This document shows positions 28,701 through 37,938 of a DNA stretch of 64,000 bases, piece by piece (the first letter of the stretch is position 1; each line of letters begins with the position of its first letter). The notes under the pieces were generated by a model. The model saw nothing but the letters and a program-made list of their open reading frames with translations, had not been told where the DNA came from and did no database searches. A program made the translations under genes and the position numbers. This DNA comes from Lytechinus pictus. Its lineage: Eukaryota. The stretch covers positions 10,666,001 through 10,730,000 of the forward strand of contig NC_087251.1 in NCBI RefSeq assembly GCF_037042905.1. Direction: 5' to 3'.

Positions 28701-31585
28701 TTAGACTCTTGTCTTTCAATCTGAGGGACATGGGTACGATTTCCAGCCATGGCGTGTTCTCCTTCAGCAGGAAATTTACCCACATTGTGCTGCACTTAAC
28801 CAAGGTGAGGTAAGTGGGTACTGACCCCGGGGGTGGGGGGTCAGTCAAATGTATTTCTGTACACCCCCTAAACAAGTTTTTCTCAATGTGCAAAATAACC
28901 CCCCTTCATTTAAACACATTTTGTCCCCTATGCAAGTTGCTGCCAGAAACAAGTTATACTTGCTAACAATAAGCATAAATAGACAAAACTATATCCGACC
29001 CTGCGATTGACCACTGACCAGTCTTTCAAAACTACCTTTTTTTTTAAATCGGTGTTTTTGATTCCCTTAACGAGTGCACGCGCGGCCCTCGTCCAAAACT
29101 GAAAAAACACCCCTTTAAACTTTTTTTTGTTCACGCATGTGTACAGCAATATATTTGACTGCTCCCCCCCCCCCCCCCCCCGGTACCGACAGGAAGTAAT
29201 TCTTCTAAAAGCTGTGAGCACCGGAATAGGTAGACTAGCATAGTCCCGGTAATATAGAAGCACCTTGAGCACCTAACAAGGTGGATACGTGCACTTTATA
29301 AATCCTATATTATTATCATCCACAGGCCCCGAGTAAAAATGAAATTAAAATAAGTGCACGTTACCCATCATACACTTAAAACCAATATGCAAGCTTGCAG
29401 ATGAGAGCATGGCCTAGATCCTTACACTACTGCTGATCAGTATTCAAACACCTCTTATCATCTCATTTCAAAAGCAAGAGTCAGAACCCTGAACATGAAA
29501 ATGCCACACTTTCCTCTTTAAAAAAAAATTATTCCTTCCTTTTCTAGCTTCATCATCTCTTCCCTCCCTTACAATTTTGTAGACAATGTTTTATAAACAT
29601 AGATTGATAGTGTTTCCATTTCTCCCAAAATTCTGGGATTTTTTTTACTTTTTCCAGGAAAGGTTCAGGAAATGAAAAAAAATTGAGGAAATTCTGGGAA
29701 ATCCGAAAACTACAATTGAACAAAATATTTATGTACCAACTTTCAATATTAATGCTGAAAGGATTGTTTGTCTCATATGTATTGTATCATCTGGCCCAAA
29801 AATTTCTGCTTGCGCTAGTATTTTGTAATTTTGTTCCTATTTTAAAAGTGTATGATAAAAAAATGACAATGTGCAATGACAATGTGCTGCTATCCATGGC
29901 AATTAAGATATGCCCTTGTGAAATACACCATTTTCATTCATACAGTACATTGTAAAACTTCAAAGTTTCTCATGGTAGGTATACTATATTATTGTATAGC
30001 CTAGCTATAGGCAGTTAGGCACTCATCCCACGAACCGGTACAAGTATAGGCATTTGTTCACCAGCAGGTACTAGGTTTGAAGATAGAAATTTTTCCTCAT
30101 TTGTAATTTACCTTTTCTTGTACTTCTCTTAGTTCTCTTTACTTTTATGCTTTGCTCTCTTCTTAGCGCCTTGAGCATTTAATCAAAATGGACAAGATGC
30201 TATATAAATCATATGTATTATTATTATTATTAGATTCTAGATCTATAACTTAGGCCTAAAGTTAGGCCCTAGGGTTTTTACTCCTCCTTGTACAGACCCT
30301 TTTATAGTTTACCCTAGAATTGTTTACATATCAAGGTGTACATTTGGACTCAGAGTTAAAGATACAAATTCTGAAAGAAGCATTTCAGTATTTTCACTGA
30401 TCTCCCTAACTTTTGACCCTGTTGTTAGACCATGTTTTTACTTTAGTAAGACTTGAGCGACCTTACAAATCATGGGGAAATCAAGGCTAATCTCAGAACA
30501 GAGAAGGGATTCAAGTCTTTCACTCTGCTGCATGACTGGGGGTGTTATGTACATGTAATAGACGCCGGCATGTCTGGGAGCACTCATTCTATGAACAAGG
30601 TTATGATATAACCTTGTTCTCTGTTACTACTCCCTGTGTGGTGAAATAAGGTTGGCAATGTTTGGCTTATTTTCTCTTTTTCTTTGGGACAAATGCTTGA
30701 TTTTTTGACAATGTCAGGTTCCATAAAACAGCTATTCATCACATAACTTGGCTCTTAAGTAAATTTGATTCTTTAAATTACTTTTTCTTAATTAAAAATA
30801 GAGATTGAAAAATTACAATTGTCTTGCCATATTACTTTCCATCAATAGAGGGCGTACACAAAAATATGCAAAAAATTCCAAGTTTTTGAGCACTCTGGTG
30901 AATACAAAAATTACCCCCAAGTTACTAATGAAAAATAAATTGCAACTGTACGGAAATTAGTATTTTTGGTCACAAAAGTGATATTTTAATGATTTTTTTA
31001 ATTGTATATGTATGCTGTGTACAGCATTAACATACCATAGTCCTACCTGTAGATTCCCCACAGGCAGGATGGTAATGAACCCTTGAGTGGTCTGGGAGGT
31101 CTAGTAATAGGAGAGCAATAGTAAACCAACCAGAAGTAAACTGTGTGTTTTCACTTTGAAACATGTAACTTCACAGGTTATTTATTTTGGTTTAGCAATC
31201 AAGAGACCTGCTAAGAGTCGAGAATTGGAATTGTTGGAAACTAGAACTGCGACGACTCGAAGTAAATAACCATCATGAGTTCGGTCAAATTTGTGCTGTC
31301 CGAACTTTTATCGCATCAGTCCGACAGGCGCTCATGACGGATGGTTTACATTATGCAAGTCAACTGGCCTTTTGCAAATTTCGTATCGATTCAATTTCCC
31401 CATGATTTGTCAATTGCAGGGCGCTTTATTTTAACTAACTACTAAGAATAAGGCCTAATCATGAATCAGCATTCACATCAAACTTCAAAGTGTCTTCTTA
31501 CATAAACAAAGTCTGGCGACATCTTGGGACGCCTCATTCTCTTGCTTCTACTTCTAGCATTAGCACTGGGTACATTACTCGCCAT
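13774..31585 (-). CDS. F-box / leucine-rich-repeat protein (FBXL-type SCF substrate receptor), 9 coding exons, 512 aa
   Basis: Exons 31502-31585, 28075-28290, 27194-27283, 21297-21475, 20377-20548, 19601-19711, 18052-18170, 15952-16099 and 13774-14193. All have GT-AG boundaries with consistent phases (0,0,0,2,0,0,2,0) and total 1539 nt. Start in AAGATGGCG context (MASNVPSANARSRSKRMRRPK...). Basic NLS-like KRRRK, F-box FKDLPAEIIVQVLKYLPLKGLVVASGVCKKWRILCKDSSLW, and LRR-like repeats (LTSLKKLVLTNC, LPYLEHLELGTC, VRNLRFLSLTNA, LKKLRKLSLIMC, LPELKSLEVWP). Confidence 0.9.
14765..15060 (+). mobile_element. tRNA-derived SINE, CORE-like body, full length
   Basis: A box TGGCCCAGTGG and B box GGTTCAAATCC. 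Body CCTTCAGCAAGAAATTTATCCACATTGTGCTGCACTCAACCCAGGTGAGGTGAATGGGTACC and an (ATT)n tail. Same family at 21913-22118 and 28678-29318. Confidence 0.85.
16345..16675 (-). mobile_element. Helentron-like non-autonomous remnant
   Basis: ACAAG...GTCTCGCC left end, TGACCTTTGACCT internal motifs and CCCTAAGTCTC right end resemble the 23755-26799 family. Confidence 0.45.
17040..17525 (-). mobile_element. Degraded RTE-clade LINE fragment (reverse transcriptase C-terminal region)
   Basis: Translation KFCYLGSIFTRSGSLGDEIMQRIGKASS...LSTKIALFSAVV matches the FxYLGS...EIxxRIxKAxxxF...TKxxxYxAxV pattern of RTE ORF2. Broken by frameshifts and stops. Confidence 0.8.
21614..21898 (+). mobile_element. tRNA-derived CORE-like SINE, 5'-truncated
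   Basis: B box GTTCGAATCC, body CCTTTGGCAAGGCGTTAATCCAC...CTCCACCCAGGTGTTAAATGGGTACC, AAGCGCTTAGAG 3' motif and ATTATT tail. Confidence 0.75.
21913..22118 (-). mobile_element. tRNA-derived SINE (same family as 14765-15060)
   Basis: Reverse complement aligns by eye with the head and body of the 14765 copy (GGTACCCATTCACC, GAGTGCAGCAC, ATGGCTGGGA). Confidence 0.75.
23242..23338. repeat. About 97-bp foldback palindrome
   Basis: 22-bp perfect stem TCTATTGTTACTGGGGGTGCTG (23264-23285) / CAGCACCCCCAGTAACAATAGA (23296-23317) with a 10-nt loop. The stem extends imperfectly to GGACCT...AGGTCC. Confidence 0.9.
23755..26799 (-). mobile_element. Helentron-like non-autonomous element(s) with degenerate internal tandem repeats; duplicated left end; interrupted by a 1.7-kb TIR element
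   Basis: ACAAGT..GCCTCTGGCAGTCTC(G/A)CCTG ends at 23755 and 24168. Inverted partner and hairpin GTCTCACTCTCCTATGCAGGCGAGACAAAA at 26770-26799. Repeated GTCATGTGACCTGAAAC..GGATGTTCAGTGATACTTGATTACC..CCATAAACTTTCAAAGTTATGA units. Confidence 0.7.
24864..26566. mobile_element. 1703-bp non-autonomous DNA transposon, GG termini, 8-bp TSD
   Basis: About 90-bp near-perfect TIRs GGCTTATTATAATCACTCGGGTCGCGTTCG... containing three AATCACTCGGGT repeats. ACATGGTA is duplicated at 24856-24863 and 26567-26574. No transposase ORF. Confidence 0.92.
28678..29318 (+). mobile_element. tRNA-derived SINE split by a MITE
   Basis: Head and CORE-like body at 28678-28825 (TGTCTAGTGG, CCTTCAGCAGGAAATTTACCCACATTGTGCTGCAC). 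It resumes at 29184 (ACAGGAAGTAATTC...AAGCACCTTGAGCAC...TATTATTAT). Confidence 0.75.
28826..29183. mobile_element. Poly-G/poly-C-ended MITE with 7-8-bp TSD
   Basis: CCCGGGGGTGGGGGGTCAGTCAAAT / ATTTGACTGCTCCCC..CCGG termini. Flanks are TACTGAC (28819-28825) and TACCGAC (29184-29190). Confidence 0.75.
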
Positions 31586-31599
31586 CTTCGAATACGGAA

Positions 31600-32460
31600 T
31601 AGATTGAAATGATGAAAGGCAGCCCTCAGCTCAGCAGTCTCTGTAGCTCAGATACTACTACTAGCTACCTAAAGTTAGTGGCCGGAGAAGCAGTTAGCTT
31701 CGGCCGATGTCTGTCGACGTCCTCAGGCTCTGCTAGCTGGCTGGCCGTGCATATTTGGGGCCCCGGGCATGGGGCCAAGCCCAAGACAGCGACAAGCCGA
31801 CAGGGACCTCACCTCAGTCTCAGAGGCGCTCTCGTCTCGATCTCGCCCGGTTCTTTTGCCCCTTTTGCCTGGAGATGGGCGGGCCTGCGGCGCCGAGGGA
31901 AGCTGAATCAAGAGAGATTCCTACCCTGAATTGAATTCAAGTCCGGGCCGAAACATCTAACCTCAAAAGAGCTCCCGTGTTCTCACTGATTTCTTCGATC
32001 CTGTTCCTATCAGCAAATTGCCCAGTTACGTGTTGTGCCTTGCACATATGCAATTGGAACTTTCACGTTTTTGTTGAGTTAAAGTTTTGGATTACGCGCG
32101 CTAGAATAGCGCGCGCTATTAGTATCTTTGGTAAAAAAAAAAAACGGTATGGGTATATACCAAAGACCTTATAATATATTACTAGACCGAAAGCTGCGTG
32201 CGCGTTCAGCACAAAACAAATGAGATTAGGCTCCGCCTACCGCGATCATTTGAAGACAAAAATAAGCCCTCATTGACATTCATGAGCATGAAGATATTCA
32301 TAATCCGGCCTTTTCATTGGCTAAGAGCGTCATTAATACGCGATTTCCCCGATTCTTTGTCATCGATACTAGTGGTATCGTGTTACAGAATTAATTATTC
32401 ATTTGACCTCATTACGTCATCTAATTTATTCATTCTGAAACTTTTCTTTCCACACACAAA
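31600..32460. promoter_or_regulatory. CpG-rich bidirectional promoter region (F-box gene on minus strand, small gene on plus strand)
   Basis: High CpG density between two divergent first exons. Inverted CCAAT (ATTGG, about 32316), CRE-like ATTACGTCAT (32411-32420), TCT initiator TCTTTCC (32445-32451), and YY1-like AAGATGGCG at the F-box start. Confidence 0.7.
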
Positions 32461-34455
32461 ATGGACCTACGAACACTCCGGTGAGTACGTATAAATTGAT
32501 ATAACCACATGAATTCAGTAGACCATTTACACATTTCACACTGTATTTTGTGATCTTAGGTTATTTCCATAAATAATTAGAGAGTTTGCTATCATTCCAC
32601 TGTTAAAGAAAAGCAGAATTTGGTCTTTGAAATTGAAGTTAGATTGTCATCGTCGCCCAGTGCAGCCTGGCTGTATGTTGCTTGCAGTGTATTTTGTACG
32701 GGCTCCTAGCCGGCTGGGAATCGAGAGATAATCGGGCTGGTTTGGTTCACCTCCAACAAGGACCAACCCACGATTGATTAAAACAAGAAGAATGAGGCTT
32801 CTTTTTGTACACTGTAACGTTAGATCTAGAGGGAGATCTGCATCTATCTTCAGTAGATCGAGAGTCGACTCAGTCAGGAATAAACTGTGAAGCGGAGTAT
32901 GGATGAAGATACGCCTGTCATTGTGTCAATCCTCAGTCCTCACTTTGTTTCAGATATCAAATTTATTTTGCATAACTTCAGGCTTCTGCATTTAGCCCCC
33001 ACCCATTTTAACTCTTATTGTTATTTATAAATATATTATAGTTAGACTCGGTCTTAGAAATAACATGCTGCTCTGCATGTTTGTCTTATTATCAATAGAT
33101 CTTCTTAATCCTAGGCCCTACTTACTTTATACTTAGTCTTAGATCTAGGCTACTTTACTTTTATTTATTCATCGATGCTATCAAGACAAGAGCTAGGCCT
33201 ACCTAATTCAAATCTAGTCTAACTTATAGTACTTTCCCAACCCTCGACACTTACCCCCAGGGCTTATGATCTAGGTCTGTAATTTAGGCCTAGATCTAGG
33301 TCTGGGCCTAATCCATTTACATGTACGAGTATGACTGTCAGTGGACCAAGGACTAGATCTAGATCTACTCTTGGTCAATAATGGCAATGAAGTCTTAGAC
33401 TTAGCCAGGAATAAAAGTCAGAGTCAGACATCAAAAATTTCTAAACCGATATAGGGTCTAGATCTCGGTTTAGAACCGAGGCTTTACTTTCTAGGTCTAG
33501 ATCGATCCGAGAGTCCATCGTTAGTCTAGATCTAGACCTAATTTAGATACATGAATGCTGTCGCACAGCACTGAGTCTTGTTGGACTAGATCTAGACTAA
33601 ATAGATCTAGACCTAGTGCATGAGATTATGAAATTATGTTAAAATCAAATGAAATAAGATTCGGAAATAAAAAGATCCAGATTTTTTTTTTTTTTTTTTT
33701 TTGGGGGGGGGGCAGACATGTGAAAAAATTTAGAGAAACCTAAAATTCAGAAAGCGAGGGCCAGAAGCGACCAATATTACCTAGGGGCCTTTAGGGCCGT
33801 TTTGTGCATTTTCTAAAGTAAAATTGAAGGAAGGTTTCACATTTCAGCTCTTACCCAAACCCCTCCCCCTATACATACGGCCATGAAAAAGATCACTTCT
33901 TATTATTGTTCTCTTTTCTTTCACAAACAGGTTGAGTTTGAAGAACAAGAAAAACAGTAGAGGTCTACCTATATGGTTCAAGATGATGATCATAAGTGCA
34001 TGCATCATTTTGCAGATTCTCATCCAGGTATAAAACTTAAACTAACCCATACAAAATTACAGATACATTACATGCATTGAATGTTAACCATGTTTACATT
34101 AAATAATCCGAGCCACAAATAGGTAGGATCTGTAATGAATATAGACGCTTCTTAAATATACAGGCTCTCGAGTCTAAAATAGAACCAATGCCAAAAGTTA
34201 TGTACCTTGGGCAAATTTATAAAATACCGGTAAGGTCATGTCCTTGATCTACTAGTAATTAAATGGCCTTTTTATTTCCTATTTGTTTTAAACAAAGCAA
34301 TATCTATTTTCCATATTTAAAAAAAAAATCATTTTATTCATTCTTTAGTGTGATATTAATATTTCATATTTGTAGATTTACGATTTTTTTTAAATCTTGT
34401 TATTTTACATTTTGTCCAATAGGATGATGCAGTTTTACAATTTCCATGGAGGTGA
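32461..34455 (+). CDS. Putative 49-aa single-pass micropeptide in a 4-exon TCT-initiated transcript (alternatively a non-coding snoRNA-host-type RNA)
   Basis: Exons about 32446-32480, 33931-34027, 34423-34542 and 35019-about 35220, each with canonical GT donors and pyrimidine-rich AG acceptors; ATTAAA at 35194. Spliced ORF MDLRTLRLSLKNKKNSRGLPIWFKMMIISACIILQILIQDDAVLQFPWR*. The exon structure is better supported than the coding status. Confidence 0.45.
32660..32788 (+). ncRNA. Candidate intronic box H/ACA snoRNA
   Basis: Hairpin (CAGCCTGGCT/AGCCGGCTG), AGATAA H-box match (32726-32731), second hairpin (TTGGTTC/GGACCAA), then ACA (32783-32785); about 129 nt. No target identified, and the spacing rule holds only for the 3' hairpin. 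Confidence 0.3.
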
Positions 34456-35364
34456 TTGATGATGATAAATAATTGGTGAAGTAGGCCTAATAGAACAGCG
34501 ACTAGACCACAAAGAGAAATACAACCTACAGCAGTTATATGAGTGAGTTAGTTAGTGAACATTGTTAATAATGGAGGTTGTTCACATTTTTTGGCAACAA
34601 ATAGACCTGCCTTTGAAAAACCCATTTCAATTTTGTTTTTTAGATTATAGTTGGTGTCGTTTTTAATCACTGATCAAAATATTCTGTGCAACAAAACATA
34701 TCAACTTTAATTCTGACTATTTATATAATTTACATATGTTGATTCATATATTCATATTTATGAGAAATCTCTGATATTTTTTCATAGAGTACATGTAGTT
34801 ATAATGGAGAGTGGTATGTAAACTGTATAGAACAGGTTTAAGTGATATGCTTTATGGAAGTACAAGTTTATAATTAGTAGAAGTAAGATTTCCTGTTATG
34901 TGTTGAAGAATCATATATATGTATAGTCTCACTTTTCTTAAAACATTTATGTTTTATAAATCACAACAATTTTAATTTAAATTCATTGATATTCTTTATC
35001 TATTTTTTCAATCTGCAGGACTGGTGTAACAGATGTTTTCATTCAAGAAATTCAACAATTCAAGAGTCTGACTTAGGAACCACTTGATGAAGATGGAAAA
35101 GGTTTTTTTTTCCAAGTCCAATTTTTCAACAACAACAAAAAATTATTATCACAACCCCAAATTCATGACGTATGAAATTTCTTGTTGATTTTCATTAAAA
35201 CTGGTTGCAAAAGGAGAAGCTATAAACATACAAATAGGAGCGGCGGAGTGAAGTTGAAAGTGGGGGGGGGCATAGGGAAAATGCTGTATTACGTGACATT
35301 TTTAAGAAGTTGCGAGCGAGCAAAATTTTGACATTTTAATAAAGAAAATCTAAAATATTCAGAA

Positions 35365-35367
<3 letters not shown>

Positions 35368-35395
<28 letters not shown>
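35368..35395. repeat. (TA)n microsatellite
   Basis: Uninterrupted TA run. A second, imperfect one lies at about 37837-37886. Confidence 0.9.
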
Positions 35396-35404
<9 letters not shown>

Positions 35405-36374
35405 TTTTGGGGGGGGGGGCAAGAGTCCTTCAAGCCCCCTTCCATCTGTACGAAACTGCTTATATACCCCCACTCATGAATTATTAAACTTAATGCACAA
35501 AGAATAAGTATATTATCGAAATGAGAATATTGTTTTCTTGTTTCAAAGGGCAATCGTCATGGTGGCCATAAAACGGGTCCTTCTCAGGTGAAAGGGGCAC
35601 AGAACAAGTTCTTTAGGAGCACTTTTCTTGGGTAAAAGGGGGCAGTGATTCGAGAAAGGGCACTTACAAGAAGGCGAGGGGGCACTCTTTAACACATGAA
35701 ACGGGCCCTCAGATGAAAGGGCACAGAACACGTTCCAGGGGGGGGGGGGCATTTTGGGGTTAAAAAATTGCATACAAGGAAGAACACTTGGTAACACCTA
35801 AAACAGGTTCTCGTCAGGTGAAAGGGACACAGTACACGTTCGTGAGGGGGCATTTTTCTTGCATAAAAAGGCACTTTTCAGTGCTTAAAGAAGTAGAGGG
35901 AACTGTGCTCCCCCCCCCCCCCTCCCCAGGATCGCTGCCCCAGCATACAAAAAAAATATTCTTTTGGTTCAAAGTATTAACATACGCTTAAGAAAAAGGT
36001 AAAGCTTAATCCTCTGATAATGTGATATTTTTTTATGGCTAATTAATAAAATTCACCACTAACCAGAGAATTCCTTTATGTCTTTCATTTGTGTTCATAT
36101 AGTATTTGTACAGAGCTAAAATGAAAGGGATTTGGAATTTGCAAAATTCAAAATGAGATGAAGATCGAGAGAGGGAAAGAGTGATGAGAAGTGGATTGAA
36201 AAGAGATGAGAAAGAAATGGAGGGGCACATATGAAGAGATAATTTAGAGGGGGGGGGGGTGGTAAGAGAGCTAGAATGTGGGAAGTAGGAACAAAAGGGG
36301 TAGAAGAGAAATAAGACGAGATTTATGGAAACCAGGAGACACATAACAAGTGGGAAAAGAAGAAGGAAATATAT

Positions 36375-37173
36375 GAAGAGTTTAGTTGCAAAAGGGGTTA
36401 GGGCCACTTTGGACCATTCCGAAAAAAACATGTTTTTATTCTCACTTATTGCAATATTTTTATGAGAAACTAAATTGTCATGATGTACTACTCTATCATG
36501 TGAACATAAAATTGGGTATAAAAGAAATCTACCCGTCTTCAATTTTTTTCTATATACTTAAAAACCCCTTTTGCAAGTAAATTGAAGTGAATCCAATCTC
36601 TTTTGATTAAAAAAGTGATTTTTTTTTGGCCACTTTCATTCACGTTTTCATTTGAATTTCAAATTTTCTTTGGTATCATCAGAGTGACTGAAAATTTAGA
36701 GGTTTAGAGACAGAAAACAATAAATATATGAAAAATGGACCTAACCCCTTTTGACAAATGAGTTCTTCAGAAGAGTTTAGTTGGAAAAGGGGTTAGGTCC
36801 ACTCCAAGAAAATAATTCTTTTTTAATTCTCCCATATTGCAATATTCTTATGCGAAACTGAATTTTCATGATACCCTACCATGAGAACATGAAATTGGGT
36901 ATAAAAGATATTTACTTGTCTTCATATTTTTTAAGATATTATTTTCCAAAAAAAGTCTGTGTGGACCTAACCCCTTTAGCAACTAAACTGAAATGGACCT
37001 AACCCCTTTTGAAAAAAAAGTGATTTTTCTTTGCCATATTAGTTACCTTTTTAATAGGAATTTCAACTTTTCTATGGTATCATCTTATATAGCTACTAAA
37101 AATCTTTACATTAAGACATAAGAATCAAGTTTGATGAAAAATGGACCTAACCCCTTTTGAAAATGAGCTCTAC
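36375..37173. mobile_element. Head-to-tail dimer of a roughly 400-bp MITE (Sola1-like, 4-bp TSD)
   Basis: Copies 36375-36768 and 36770-37173, each with TIRs GAAGAGTTTAGTTG.AAAAGGGGTTAGG / CCTAACCCCTTTTG..AAATGAG.TCT.C. ATAT flanks the dimer (36371-36374, 37174-37177). Confidence 0.8.
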
Positions 37174-37846
37174 ATATGTAGGAGAAAGGCGGGTTAGGCG
37201 GCACAAAATAATTCTGAGTGGGAAAATGATTAAATGGAAAAAAAAAACAGAGTAAGAAATGCTGGAGAATAAAGGGGACAGGAAACGTATTAAACATGAT
37301 AAATTGGGGCCCTTTTCATCATGAGTTACAAGTATAGTAATTGCGATTTAGGGATGGCAAAAGCACTAGAGACCTCTTTACCTAATCACGACTCGATCTA
37401 CCCTTTTCATCTTCCCTTTTGGAATTAGCAAAGGCCTATAAGACGCAATACAAACAATGCTTTGTTTATAAGTGATATCGCTTGTGATATCGATACTTTA
37501 TAGAGCGCAACGTATCGTCTCAGATTTGCGCTTGCTTGATTCGCTGAATCCTTCGCGTCACGAGCGCGTAACAAAATGAATACATTAATGAATTTGCCAA
37601 GTTGACCTTTGTCATTGCGCTGATGTGCGTATTGTCTAATACACGTACAAAACCACAGTTGACGAGGGAGCATCGTACGAAATTAATATTAATGAGGGCT
37701 TATTTTAGCTTCTAATGGATTAAACAAAATGGCGGTAGCTTCGGGGGCTTGGTATATACCGTCCGTGTACCTTCACTTTTCAGTTTTATTTTTGCTCATT
37801 TGCAACAAAAAAGTAGATAAAATCCATAAAAAATCCATATATATAC

Positions 37847-37880
<34 letters not shown>

Positions 37881-37938
37881 TATATAGGAAAGGGTAGATA
37901 GCTCTGGGGAACCTTGATTTAAGCTACGCCTGCCATTG

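Noticed and set aside
35237..35945. Poly-G/poly-C-ended segments as discrete MITEs (also about 5330, 8722, 22643-22920, 33660-33885, 62245-62330)
   Set aside because: Probably hAT-like remnants, but I could not establish paired TIRs and TSDs, so they are not listed as features.
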